Of a stretch of DNA of 64,000 nt, positions 21,487-30,421 are shown piece after piece. This stretch comes from an uncultured Pseudohongiella sp. (GTDB taxonomy: Bacteria; Pseudomonadota; Gammaproteobacteria; Pseudomonadales; Pseudohongiellaceae): contig CACBCS010000001.1 in the NCBI GenBank assembly GCA_902537815.1, positions 19,213-83,212 of the forward strand. Direction: 5' to 3'. How positions within the stretch are numbered: position 1 is the stretch's first letter; every line of letters starts with the position of its first letter. A program made the position numbers and the translations under genes. The notes under the pieces are model-generated. The model was not told where the DNA came from, searched no databases, and saw only the letters and a program-made list of their open reading frames with translations.

Positions 21487-22257
21487 TTGAATTTCATGCG
21501 CCCATTTTTGCTCGTCTTTTGCTTTGCCTTCTCGCTCTGTGTCGCGAATGCGCAGACCGAACCTTCCCGTTATGGGTTCCACGTGGTAAATGTCTATCCT
21601 CATGATATGTCCTCCTTTACGCAGGGGCTGGTTTTTCATGAGGGTTTTCTTTACGAAGGAACCGGAAAACGCGGGGTTTCCAAGCTCAGTAAGGTTTCTC
21701 TCGAAGATGCTCGTGAAATCATGAGTAAACCGCTCGGACGCCGCTACTTCGGTGAGGGGATCCAGATTGTCGGAGAGAAAATCTACCAGCTCACCTGGCA
21801 ATCGCACATGGTCTTTGTCTACGACAAAAATGACTTCGCTCAGTTGGGCACGCACTACAATCCGACCGAAGGCTGGGGGCTTGCTTTTGATGGGGAGCAC
21901 TTAATTCTGAGCGACGGCTCCGCCCGACTTCAGTTTCTTAACTCTGAAGATTTTTCTCCTGTTCGCTCGGTTGAAGTCACGCTGCAGGGATCGCCGGTAA
22001 ATAACCTGAACGAACTGGAATATATTAATGGTGAAGTTTGGGCGAATGTGTGGCAAACGGACTTCATCGTCAGGATTGATCCGGTGACGGGCGCCATCAA
22101 TTCTCTTGTAGATCTTACGGGTTTATCCGGCCGGACCGAGCTGGGTAGCAACGAAGCTGTTTTGAACGGTATTGCCTGGGACGCCGAGTCCGAAAGGCTG
22201 TTCGTTACCGGTAAACACTGGGCACACCTGTTCGAAATCGAGCTGGTGGCTCTTTGA
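21487..22257 (+). CDS. glutaminyl-peptide cyclotransferase (bacterial/plant beta-propeller type), secreted
   Basis: 256 aa. Signal peptide then YPHD..FTQGL.F..G.LYEGTG block. Confidence 0.75.
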   Translation: MNFMRPFLLVFCFAFSLCVANAQTEPSRYGFHVVNVYPHDMSSFTQGLVFHEGFLYEGTGKRGVSKLSKVSLEDAREIMSKPLGRRYFGEGIQIVGEKIYQLTWQSHMVFVYDKNDFAQLGTHYNPTEGWGLAFDGEHLILSDGSARLQFLNSEDFSPVRSVEVTLQGSPVNNLNELEYINGEVWANVWQTDFIVRIDPVTGAINSLVDLTGLSGRTELGSNEAVLNGIAWDAESERLFVTGKHWAHLFEIELVAL

Positions 22258-22682
22258 TGTGGATTTAAAGGCTTGTCGGGCTGAAAGCCAGGTCGCGAGG
22301 ATTCCATCTGGTTACTGAAGAGATTTGCCGGCAGCTGCCGGAATTGGCTCGTTTGTCCGTTGGCTTGGCGCATTTTTTTCTGCAGCATACGTCAGCTTCT
22401 TTGAGTGTGAATGAAAATGCTGATCCTGCCGTCCGCCGCGATATGGAATCCTATTTCAATCGGCTGGCACCGGAAGACGCGCCGTATTTCGAGCATGTTG
22501 AAGAAGGTCCGGACGATATGCCTGCTCATCTGAAATCTGCGCTTCTGGGCAGCGAGCTCACCGTTCCCGTGCGGGAGGGGCATCTGCAGTTGGGGGTATG
22601 GCAGGGTATTTATCTGGGTGAACACAGAAACCGGGCTGCCGAGCGGACCGTAATTGTCACCCTGCACGGGGAACCGGCGTAA
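22257..22682 (+). pseudogene. yjbQ: YjbQ/UPF0047 family gene with in-frame TAA at codon 4 (alternatively a TTG-initiated 112-aa product from 22344)
   Basis: ATG TGG ATT TAA at 22257-22268 lies in the same frame as ORF 22344..22682. The frame stays open from 22269 and encodes [11 protein letters not shown]...LQHTSASL...DDMPAHLKS, collinear with full-length YjbQ. Confidence 0.6.
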
Positions 22683-23804
22683 GTGGCTGCGGCTGAGAGC
22701 AGGCCTACTCCGCTTCCTGCATTGGCGCATAGCTTGCGCACCGGTGCCAGATTTCTGGGTCTTGTGCTGCTCTCTGTCTTGCTCATCTCTTGCGAAGCGA
22801 TCACCTACTATACTCACGCGGCACGAGGACAGCTGAAGATTCTGACAGGGCGCCAGAAAATTCAGACCCTGCTTGACAGGCGCGATCTGCCAAAGAATTT
22901 GCGGAATAAATTTGAACTGATACTCCAGATCAGAGAATTCGCCCTTGCTGAACTGGAGCTTCCCGTTGGTGACAACTACTTAACCTACGTGGATATCGGG
23001 CGCGAGCATGTGGTCTGGAATGTATTCGCTGCGCCCGAATTGTCCACTGAGGCTGTCAGTTGGTGCTACCCCATTGCCGGATGTCTGGCCTACCGGGGCT
23101 ATTTTTCGGAATCCGAGGCGCTGGCGTACGCTCAGCAGCTTAAATCAGAGGGGCTGGATGTTTATACCGGTGGTGTTGACGCCTATTCAACGCTGGGTTG
23201 GTTTGATGATTCGCTGCTGAGTACCGTGGTGGATCGCTCGGACTATCAGCTGGCAGGCTTGGTTTTTCATGAGTTGGCGCATCAGGTGGCCTTTGCCGCA
23301 GGAGACACCACCTTCAACGAGAGTTTTGCTACTGCAGTTGAAAGAGAAGGCATCAGAAGGTGGTCTGAATCTCTCAATGATAAGCGTCTGCTTGACGGCG
23401 CTGAGCTCAGTCTTTCACGCCAGTCTGACTTCGTTGCGCTTGTGACGCTCTGGCGCAGTCAATTGCACGAGATCTACGAAAGTGAGCTGCCAGATGCGGA
23501 AAAGAGAAGTCGCAAGCAGGCGCTGCAGTCGGAATTGCGTGCAGCCTACCGGTTGCTTAAGCAAAGCTGGCAGGGGTACGGGGGCTATGATGCCTGGTTT
23601 GCCAGAGATCTGAACAATGCCCAGCTGTCTACGGTGGCTTCATACAATGACTGGGTGCCGGCATTCGAGATGCTGCTGGATAAGGAAGAAGGCAAGCTGA
23701 GTGCTTTCTACCGACGTGTCGCCGAACTGGCCGACCAGGAAGCGCCGGCGAGGGAAGAGGCGTTGAGACGGCTCAATTCACTGTCTGGTGAGGCGACGCT
23801 CTAA
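22683..23804 (+). CDS. predicted lipoprotein zinc aminopeptidase (DUF2265/'putative aminopeptidase' family)
   Basis: 373 aa. Lipobox LLISC and HELAHQ zinc motif. Confidence 0.7.
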   Translation: MAAAESRPTPLPALAHSLRTGARFLGLVLLSVLLISCEAITYYTHAARGQLKILTGRQKIQTLLDRRDLPKNLRNKFELILQIREFALAELELPVGDNYLTYVDIGREHVVWNVFAAPELSTEAVSWCYPIAGCLAYRGYFSESEALAYAQQLKSEGLDVYTGGVDAYSTLGWFDDSLLSTVVDRSDYQLAGLVFHELAHQVAFAAGDTTFNESFATAVEREGIRRWSESLNDKRLLDGAELSLSRQSDFVALVTLWRSQLHEIYESELPDAEKRSRKQALQSELRAAYRLLKQSWQGYGGYDAWFARDLNNAQLSTVASYNDWVPAFEMLLDKEEGKLSAFYRRVAELADQEAPAREEALRRLNSLSGEATL

Positions 23805-24512
23805 GCTGTCGACCAGATCTGCATAGAAATCGGAGTCACCATCCTTGGCCGAGGCCGATCGATAGGCTGCCAATGCCTCTTCCAACCGACCCGACCGTTC
23901 CAGCATACGACCGAGGCTCCGGTCAAAAAACGCATTCCCGGGCATCGCCCTGATGCCGGCCTGATAGACGCGTATCGCAAGTTCCGGATAGCCGTTGTTG
24001 TTGTAGGTATTCGCCATTATATGTACTTGTGAATCGTCATCTGGGTTCAGCTCGATTGCGCGTTCGTCGTATTCAATGGCGCTTTCATAGTTCCTGCTGT
24101 TCCGCTCCAGCTCGCCCAGGGTTTGTACGGCAGCAATCAGAGACGCGGTAGTTTGTGTTTCGAGCTCAATGAATCGCGCCAGAAGCGGCTTGGCTTTTTC
24201 GTAGTTTTCGAGGAAGTAATAGGTGTTGGCAAGGTTACGAATTGCGTCAGAAAAACTGGGATCTGCACTGATGGCTTTCCTGTATTCCGCGATGGCTTCC
24301 TCATGACGACCGAGACTGCTGAACGTGTTGCCGCGACGGAACAACCTCTGTGCCAGACTGGCGTCGATTGTCGGCCCCTGTCGAGGCAGCGACAGTCCGT
24401 TGTAGCGGTCCAGCACGGCGCTTGCGCCACCATCCTGCGCATTGCTTGGCGGCGACAGCAGAAGTATGCCCAGTGCGGCGAAGCAGGCAATTTGGTGCGC
24501 AGTCATGGACAA
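23778..24512 (-). CDS. secreted tetratricopeptide-repeat protein
   Basis: 244 aa. Signal peptide and repeated TPR-like A..Y..A....P modules. Its 3' end overlaps the convergent aminopeptidase gene. Confidence 0.7.
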   Translation of the reverse strand: MSMTAHQIACFAALGILLLSPPSNAQDGGASAVLDRYNGLSLPRQGPTIDASLAQRLFRRGNTFSSLGRHEEAIAEYRKAISADPSFSDAIRNLANTYYFLENYEKAKPLLARFIELETQTTASLIAAVQTLGELERNSRNYESAIEYDERAIELNPDDDSQVHIMANTYNNNGYPELAIRVYQAGIRAMPGNAFFDRSLGRMLERSGRLEEALAAYRSASAKDGDSDFYADLVDSLERRLTRQ

Positions 24513-24591
24513 TCCTTTCTATCCGTCAGTTAGGCAACCGAGAATATACCTGAGCTTCAGGCCTGCTGCCAGCAGCGCCTGACGACGGCTT

Positions 24592-26850
24592 TTAGGACAG
24601 GGTAACCGTGCCGGCTTCTTCTGTTTCGGTGATTTCGCCGACCATTGCCGCCCGGTCGTGACCGGTTGTAAGCAGCATTTTCAGGCAGTCCTCGGCCCGG
24701 GAACGGGGAATGCTGATCAACAGTCCGCCGGCGGTTTGCGGGTCAAACAATACAGGAAAAAGCTCGTGATTCTGAAATTCTGTGTGATTGCTGATTCGGG
24801 CCGCATTCAGTCGGTTGTCAGCGTGAAGTGAACTGACTATGCCTCTGCCGAGGGTTGTCAGTGTCCCTGAGAAAGTCGGAATCTGTTCAAGAAACAGAGT
24901 CGCGCCCATGTCGTTGTCTGCCAGCATTTCCAGCAGATGACCCAGCAGCCCAAAGCCTGTGATATCTGTGCAGGCATGGGCAGCATGTGTCACAGAAATT
25001 TCGGATGCTTTCCGATTCGAGCTAAGCATGCTCTGCATGAGAGCGTCTATCCATTCGTGGCGTGCCTGATGGCGCATGTCAGCAGCCAGCAGGGTTCCGG
25101 AACCCAGTGGTCTGGTGAGTATCAGTGCATCCCCAATTTTGAGGTTGCTTTTTGTGAGGATAGTTTCCGGAGCCGCAAAGCCATTGACGGCAAGGCCGAA
25201 TTGCAATTGTTCGGCTTCCGCCGAATGCCCGCCGATCAGGCTGCAGTCATTTTCTTCCAGTGCCTCAGTGCAGCCAAGCATGAGTTCCCGCAACTGCTGC
25301 CTGCTGTACTTTCTCTCCGCGAACGGCAGCCCGGCGAGAGCCAGAGCAGAGTGAGCCTGCACTCCCATGGCATAGATATCGCTCAAACTGTGATTGGTTG
25401 CGATTTTGCCGAACAGGAACGGATCGCGGGTAAATGCTTTGATAAAGTCGAGGCTTTGCAGGAGTATTCGTCCGTCCGACAGTCGAATACGTGACGCATC
25501 TTCAGCGCCACCCGATTCGCTCAGTACATCGTCCCTTTTGAATTCGGGTAGCTCGCTGAGCACTTCTTCCAGCACGCTGCTGGCGACTTTTGCCCCGCAC
25601 CCAGCGCAGCGCATAGCATGATTGCGCAGTTTGGTCTGGGCCTGTTGGTCCAGTAGTCCGGGCGCGATGTTCAGTTCCACGGGCATTTGCGGCAGTTCTG
25701 AGTATTTTTTCAGGAAGCGCCGGTCGATAGTGTCTTTAAGTCGCCACATGCTGGAACCCTGGTAAAACCATTCGCCACGGGTGGCGATGGCCGACTTGTT
25801 GCCCATGCTGATGAGGGCCAGTGTCTTTTTTTGCGGGAGGTAGCGCTTGAGTGATCGACCGGTGACAAAGCGGCGCAAGTTTTCTGCCAGGATTTTCCCC
25901 TGACGCACCGCATAGACGCCGGATTTCGGTCTTGGTTCGTTGCGTATGGTGGCGGCATCACCGGCCGCAAAGACAAACTCGTGGCTTGTGGTCTGCAGCG
26001 TCGGGCCAACCTCAATGAACCCATCTTCACTCTTTGCGAGTCCGCACTGAAACGGCCATTCCGGCAGCTTTGCTCCGGTTGCATAAATTGCCGAATCGCA
26101 CTTCAGTTCCGTGCCATCCGTCAGCACGAGCCTGTTTTTGTCAAAGCGGTCGACGCGACTGCCAAAGCGGAATTCAATGCCCCTGCGCTCGAGTTCCTGC
26201 CGGGCAAACTCCTGGCTTCTGGCGTTATGTCCTGACAGCAATTGATCACCTGCGCTGACGAGACAGATCTGCAGTCGTCCGGGGGCTTGTTTGTTTCCAC
26301 TCTCGACCGGATCAATCGCAATTTGCGAGGCGAAAGCCAGCTCCACACTGGCGGGACCACCGCCAATGATAGCCAGTCTGTAGTCCCGGCCTGCTGCCAT
26401 CGTGGTGCTGGCCTGCTGTTTGATGGATTCCCACTTCCCAAGAAACCTGTCAATAGGTTTCACTGCCAATGCGTGATCAGTAGCTCCGGTAATCAATGCG
26501 CTGTCAGGGCGTGAGCCGATGTTCAATGACAGACAATCGAAGGGAATATCTGGCCGATTACCGAGCTTGATGCTTCGGTCGTTGAGATTGATCTCTGTGA
26601 CTTCTGACTGAATCAAGCGCGCGCCGGCGAACTGTGCCAGTGGGCGCAAATCAATGTGCATCAGTTCTAGGTTGTAGTGACCGACAAGATGCGCAGGCAA
26701 TGATGCGGAGTACGGGGTCACGACCTCTCGGGTGATCAGCGTCACCGCCAGGCCGGGTACAGGATGCATGCCGAGCTGGCGAAGTACCGCCAGATGACTG
26801 TGGCCGCCACCGATCAGTACCAAGTGTTTGACTATCGGGCTGATATTCAT
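24592..26850 (-). CDS. selD: FAD-dependent pyridine nucleotide-disulfide oxidoreductase fused to selenide,water dikinase SelD
   Basis: 752 aa. N-terminus LVLIGGGHSHL plus IIGGGPASVE dinucleotide folds. C-terminal half has the SelD motif RCAGCGAKV (Cys/Lys as in E. coli GCGCK) and an AIR-synthase-like fold. Confidence 0.85.
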   Translation of the reverse strand: MNISPIVKHLVLIGGGHSHLAVLRQLGMHPVPGLAVTLITREVVTPYSASLPAHLVGHYNLELMHIDLRPLAQFAGARLIQSEVTEINLNDRSIKLGNRPDIPFDCLSLNIGSRPDSALITGATDHALAVKPIDRFLGKWESIKQQASTTMAAGRDYRLAIIGGGPASVELAFASQIAIDPVESGNKQAPGRLQICLVSAGDQLLSGHNARSQEFARQELERRGIEFRFGSRVDRFDKNRLVLTDGTELKCDSAIYATGAKLPEWPFQCGLAKSEDGFIEVGPTLQTTSHEFVFAAGDAATIRNEPRPKSGVYAVRQGKILAENLRRFVTGRSLKRYLPQKKTLALISMGNKSAIATRGEWFYQGSSMWRLKDTIDRRFLKKYSELPQMPVELNIAPGLLDQQAQTKLRNHAMRCAGCGAKVASSVLEEVLSELPEFKRDDVLSESGGAEDASRIRLSDGRILLQSLDFIKAFTRDPFLFGKIATNHSLSDIYAMGVQAHSALALAGLPFAERKYSRQQLRELMLGCTEALEENDCSLIGGHSAEAEQLQFGLAVNGFAAPETILTKSNLKIGDALILTRPLGSGTLLAADMRHQARHEWIDALMQSMLSSNRKASEISVTHAAHACTDITGFGLLGHLLEMLADNDMGATLFLEQIPTFSGTLTTLGRGIVSSLHADNRLNAARISNHTEFQNHELFPVLFDPQTAGGLLISIPRSRAEDCLKMLLTTGHDRAAMVGEITETEEAGTVTLS

Positions 26851-27001
26851 TTTTGAGAGAACGGGTACACGATGTGGTTGACCTGAATGTTGTCTCTGCG
26901 TGGCTCGAGTTTAACGAGAATTGTAGCCATTGTACCTGTAGCAGACCCATCAGGCATCCCGACATACGGCCCGGGGTACAGACCGGCCAGAGCGGGTTGC
27001 C

Positions 27002-27823
27002 TCAGGACAGGCTCGACTGGTTGGCGGCGGCATCGAGTCGATCAGCGATCCGTGTTTCCTGTCCAAATTCCGGCAAATCCGGAATCAGCTGCGACAGCAG
27101 AAGAGAACCCAGCGCAATGCCGGCTCCAATCAGAAAAACGGCACTGTGATTGATGCCCCAGACCAAACCCAGCAAGGCCGGCAAGACGACTGCAGCAATG
27201 TGATTGATGGTAAAGCTGATTGAGGAAGTTGCCGCAATGTCCTCAGGTTTGGCAATTTTCTGGAAGTAGGTCTTGATCGCGATCGCCATGGCTATGCCCC
27301 CCGCGATCAGGTGCACCAGCGCGTAATTGACACTGTAAATCAACAGGTAAAAATACAGACTCCCCAGCACTAAAAAGTTGCATATGGCCCTTGCACTCAT
27401 AAGCTGACCCAGTACTTCTGGTGCTTCATCTGTCGAGAGCCATTGCAGGCTCAGTGAATTGTGGAGCGTTTCGAGATAGTGAAAGCCAATCGACATAATG
27501 ACCGTGCTGAAATATAGCCAAATAGCGGTCGGGTAGAACGCGGTAATCGCAGTGCCGAAACCGAGCAGCAGCAAGGACAGAACGGCAAAGCTCTGTTGAC
27601 GGATTATCAGCATCACCCATATGGCAGTGAACGCCAGAAAGCCGGGGACTTCCCGCAGGCTCTGCAATATGCCGATTTCCTCGCCGCCGAAAGATGCCCG
27701 TTCAACGACAAAATTGTTCAGCATGACTTGCCAGGTTGCGAATGCGATGGTGTTGCCTATGGCCAACAGGTAGAGAAAAGTCTTCCGGTCTTGAAGTGCT
27801 GCGCTCAGGGCTGTTGCTTTCAT
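27002..27823 (-). CDS. 8-TM membrane protein, MFS-like but short
   Basis: 273 aa. About 8 hydrophobic helices by eye. SLREVPGFLAF loop. Lies directly upstream of and co-directional with selD. Confidence 0.5.
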   Translation of the reverse strand: MKATALSAALQDRKTFLYLLAIGNTIAFATWQVMLNNFVVERASFGGEEIGILQSLREVPGFLAFTAIWVMLIIRQQSFAVLSLLLLGFGTAITAFYPTAIWLYFSTVIMSIGFHYLETLHNSLSLQWLSTDEAPEVLGQLMSARAICNFLVLGSLYFYLLIYSVNYALVHLIAGGIAMAIAIKTYFQKIAKPEDIAATSSISFTINHIAAVVLPALLGLVWGINHSAVFLIGAGIALGSLLLSQLIPDLPEFGQETRIADRLDAAANQSSLS

Positions 27824-27925
27824 CCTTGCTCTACCGAATTGGAACGTGGGTGTCCGGCTGGATAACCCGACTGAGACGCAAGGCGCGCTAGCGCCGTGGC
27901 CAACTGGATTATATCATCTTGTCTT

Positions 27926-29002
27926 ATGTCTGCGCTTGAGATCTATGCTGGCCCGAAAGCCAAAAGCCGAATAAAAGAGAACGGGCTCGATCCTGCTCAG
28001 TTTTCCCTGTTGGTGGGAGCTTCGGGAGGGCCAAAATGGTTCGTGCTGTACGGCCTGGACCGCTTCCTGTTCGGTGAATATTTCGCCAGCAGGGAAGAGC
28101 CTCTGATGACGCTCGGCTCATCCGCAGGGGCTTGGCGTTTAAGCTGTCTTGGTACCGCGACCCCACTGCGGGCAATAGACGAACTGGCTGCCCGTTACAG
28201 TCGGGATACTTACTCTGCCCAGCCGACCGTTGCGGAAATTACGGAAAAAATGCATTCGATGTTAGCGGCGGCGCTGGGATCTTCCGGTGCTGCTGAGATT
28301 GCAGCGAATCAGCTGATTCAGACTCATATCGTGGCAGACCGCTGCAAAGGTTTGGCAGCTTCTGAATCCGCCAGCCTGCAGAAACTGTCTCTGGCGGGAA
28401 GTGCGATTGCGAACGTGTTCAGCAGGCGCTCGCTCTCGTGGTTCTTCCAGCGAACGATCTTTACCACCATGCGAGCAAGCGGGCAGAGTCCGTTTGCGTC
28501 CTTGACGGATCTGGATACCGCAATAGTCCCTTTAACCGAGGACAACGTCCCTGACGCCATGTTAGCTAGTGGTTCTATTCCTTTTTTACTGGAGGGGGTA
28601 AGGAATGTCAAGGGAGCCCCCGAGGGTCTCTACTGGGACGGCGGCATCACTGACTATCATTTTGATCTGCCATTTCACGCAATTGACGGCCTCGTTCTCT
28701 ATCCACATTTCAGCCCTGTCATCACGCCCGGATGGTTTGACAAAAAGCTCTTCTGGCGACAGCCTTCATCACAACATTTCGACAATGTCATGTTACTGAC
28801 TCCCAGTGCTGAATTCACTGCCCGTCTGCCGGGTGGCAAAATCCCCGACCGGAATGACTTCCAGCGATACAGTGAAAGCGAAAGGCTGGCAAACTGGAGC
28901 CGGGTGCTGGATTACAGCCACGAACTGGCACTGGAGTTTGCTCAAGGGGTTGAAGATCCGGAACGTTTGATCATCAGGGATTTTTCCGACCGGCCTGTCT
29001 AG
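27926..29002 (+). CDS. patatin-like phospholipase family protein
   Basis: GASGGPKW oxyanion-type loop, GSSAG (GxSxG) nucleophile elbow and DGGITDYH (DGG) motif. Start taken at the internal ATG. Confidence 0.7.
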   Translation: MSALEIYAGPKAKSRIKENGLDPAQFSLLVGASGGPKWFVLYGLDRFLFGEYFASREEPLMTLGSSAGAWRLSCLGTATPLRAIDELAARYSRDTYSAQPTVAEITEKMHSMLAAALGSSGAAEIAANQLIQTHIVADRCKGLAASESASLQKLSLAGSAIANVFSRRSLSWFFQRTIFTTMRASGQSPFASLTDLDTAIVPLTEDNVPDAMLASGSIPFLLEGVRNVKGAPEGLYWDGGITDYHFDLPFHAIDGLVLYPHFSPVITPGWFDKKLFWRQPSSQHFDNVMLLTPSAEFTARLPGGKIPDRNDFQRYSESERLANWSRVLDYSHELALEFAQGVEDPERLIIRDFSDRPV

Positions 29003-29141
29003 TCGGGCAGAGCGACCCAACGCTGCAGGCGATGGCTCAGCTATCTGTGTCGTATAGGTTTCGACTAACCGTGCCCAGCCTTGAAGAAGTCGGGCAAAAG
29101 ATCGATAACATGCCTGTAAACTTCGCAATCATCGAATCGCT

Positions 29142-29309
29142 ATGGCCAAAGTTAAAAAATTGCGAACAGTTTGTTGTATTCTGCTGCTTTCTGTTCTGCT
29201 CACGGCATGTGTTAGCACAGCTGCTGGCGCTGTTGTCTCGGTCGTGGCGGAAGTGGCGACCCTGCCTCTCAAGATTCTTGGGCTTGCGGTGGACGCCCTC
29301 ATCCCCTGA
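29142..29309 (+). CDS. 55-aa predicted small lipoprotein (below the ORF-track cutoff)
   Basis: Translation is MAKVKKLRTVCCILLLSVLLTAC VSTAAG...: basic N-terminus, hydrophobic core and lipobox LLTAC. Confidence 0.45.
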   Translation: MAKVKKLRTVCCILLLSVLLTACVSTAAGAVVSVVAEVATLPLKILGLAVDALIP

Positions 29310-29343
29310 TGGGCAGAGCGAGCAGGCAAAAGGTTCAGATATC

Positions 29344-29766
29344 ATGAGTTTTAACCCCGAAGATTACGACATTCCCGACAGCTACCGTCATTGGGGCGGA
29401 GATGCGGCAGAGGACTATATCGGGCCGTTTTTTTTCTACATGGACGGAGAGCACCCGCGAACGGCGTTCAGAGTTCAGGCCCGCCATTGCAATGCGCATC
29501 AGACGGTGCACGGTGGTGTGTTGATGTCTTTTGCAGACTACACGCTGTGTCTCGGTGCGAACGGAGGCTCTGAGGCGGAGAGCGTTGTGACCGTGAGCTG
29601 CAACAATGAGTTCATCGCGCCTGCCAGTGAGGGAGCACTGATCACGGGAGAGGCGGAGACCATTCGGCGCGGTCGCAATATGGTATTCATGCGCTCTCTG
29701 CTTCGGGCCGGTGACCAAATCGTGCTGACCAGCAGCGCGGTCATAAAACGCCTGGGCAAGAAATAG
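29344..29766 (+). CDS. PaaI-family hotdog thioesterase
   Basis: The 140-aa product from the internal ATG carries HQTVHGGVLMSFAD. The upstream part of ORF 29032.. is Cys/Arg-rich and implausible. Confidence 0.75.
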   Translation: MSFNPEDYDIPDSYRHWGGDAAEDYIGPFFFYMDGEHPRTAFRVQARHCNAHQTVHGGVLMSFADYTLCLGANGGSEAESVVTVSCNNEFIAPASEGALITGEAETIRRGRNMVFMRSLLRAGDQIVLTSSAVIKRLGKK

Positions 29767-29779
29767 CTATTCTGCGCGT

Positions 29780-30421
29780 TCAGCGGTGAGTCAGTGCGTG
29801 AAACAGCTCCGAAAAAGAGTCAAACAGGAAGGTCGGATGCTCAGATTCCAGCTCTTCGCGGCCACCATAGCCCCAGAGTACGCCGGCGCTCTGTAGTCGA
29901 TTTTCATGAGCGGCCTGCAGGTCAATTGCGCGATCCCCTATCATCAGCGCGTCTGAATCAATGGTGCTGCTTTGCAGCAGATCCCTGAGTTGTTCCGATT
30001 TTGTCTCAGTTGCAAGGGGGCCGCTGATGAAGTCAAAGAAACGGACCAATTCAAATAGCTCCAGAATTTTAAGGGCGTTAGGTCTGAGCTTGGAGGTGCA
30101 TACCCCAAGCCGAAAGCCGAATTTTTTCAGGGCAGCAAGCGTTGCCTTTGCCTCAGGATAGAGGGTGTTCTCCCGGTACCCCAGCTCTGCATAGCGCTCG
30201 CGATAAAGCGCTGCAAGCGCAGAAACATATGCCGGATCATTATTGTCACTCAGCAGGGCGAGGATTTGTTCAAGGGGAGGTCCGATGTGCTGTGTTATCT
30301 CATGATCCGCGCGGGGTGGCTGATCACAGGATGTTAGTGCAAAGTTCATGCAGCGAACTACCCCCAGTGCCGGGTCGCTCAGCGTGCCGTCAAGATCAAA
30401 GATCAATGTGGTGTAGCGCAT
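29780..30421 (-). CDS. HAD-superfamily hydrolase (phosphoglycolate phosphatase-like)
   Basis: MRYTTLIFDLDGTLSD (DxDGT), CTSK and GDRAIDL motifs. Start taken at the internal ATG. Confidence 0.8.
   Translation of the reverse strand: MRYTTLIFDLDGTLSDPALGVVRCMNFALTSCDQPPRADHEITQHIGPPLEQILALLSDNNDPAYVSALAALYRERYAELGYRENTLYPEAKATLAALKKFGFRLGVCTSKLRPNALKILELFELVRFFDFISGPLATETKSEQLRDLLQSSTIDSDALMIGDRAIDLQAAHENRLQSAGVLWGYGGREELESEHPTFLFDSFSELFHALTHR

Noticed and set aside
29032-29343. 104-aa N-terminal extension of the PaaI thioesterase ORF
   Set aside because: It is Cys/Arg/Leu-rich and non-globular. A better small lipoprotein ORF occupies another frame, and the thioesterase domain begins at ATG 29344.
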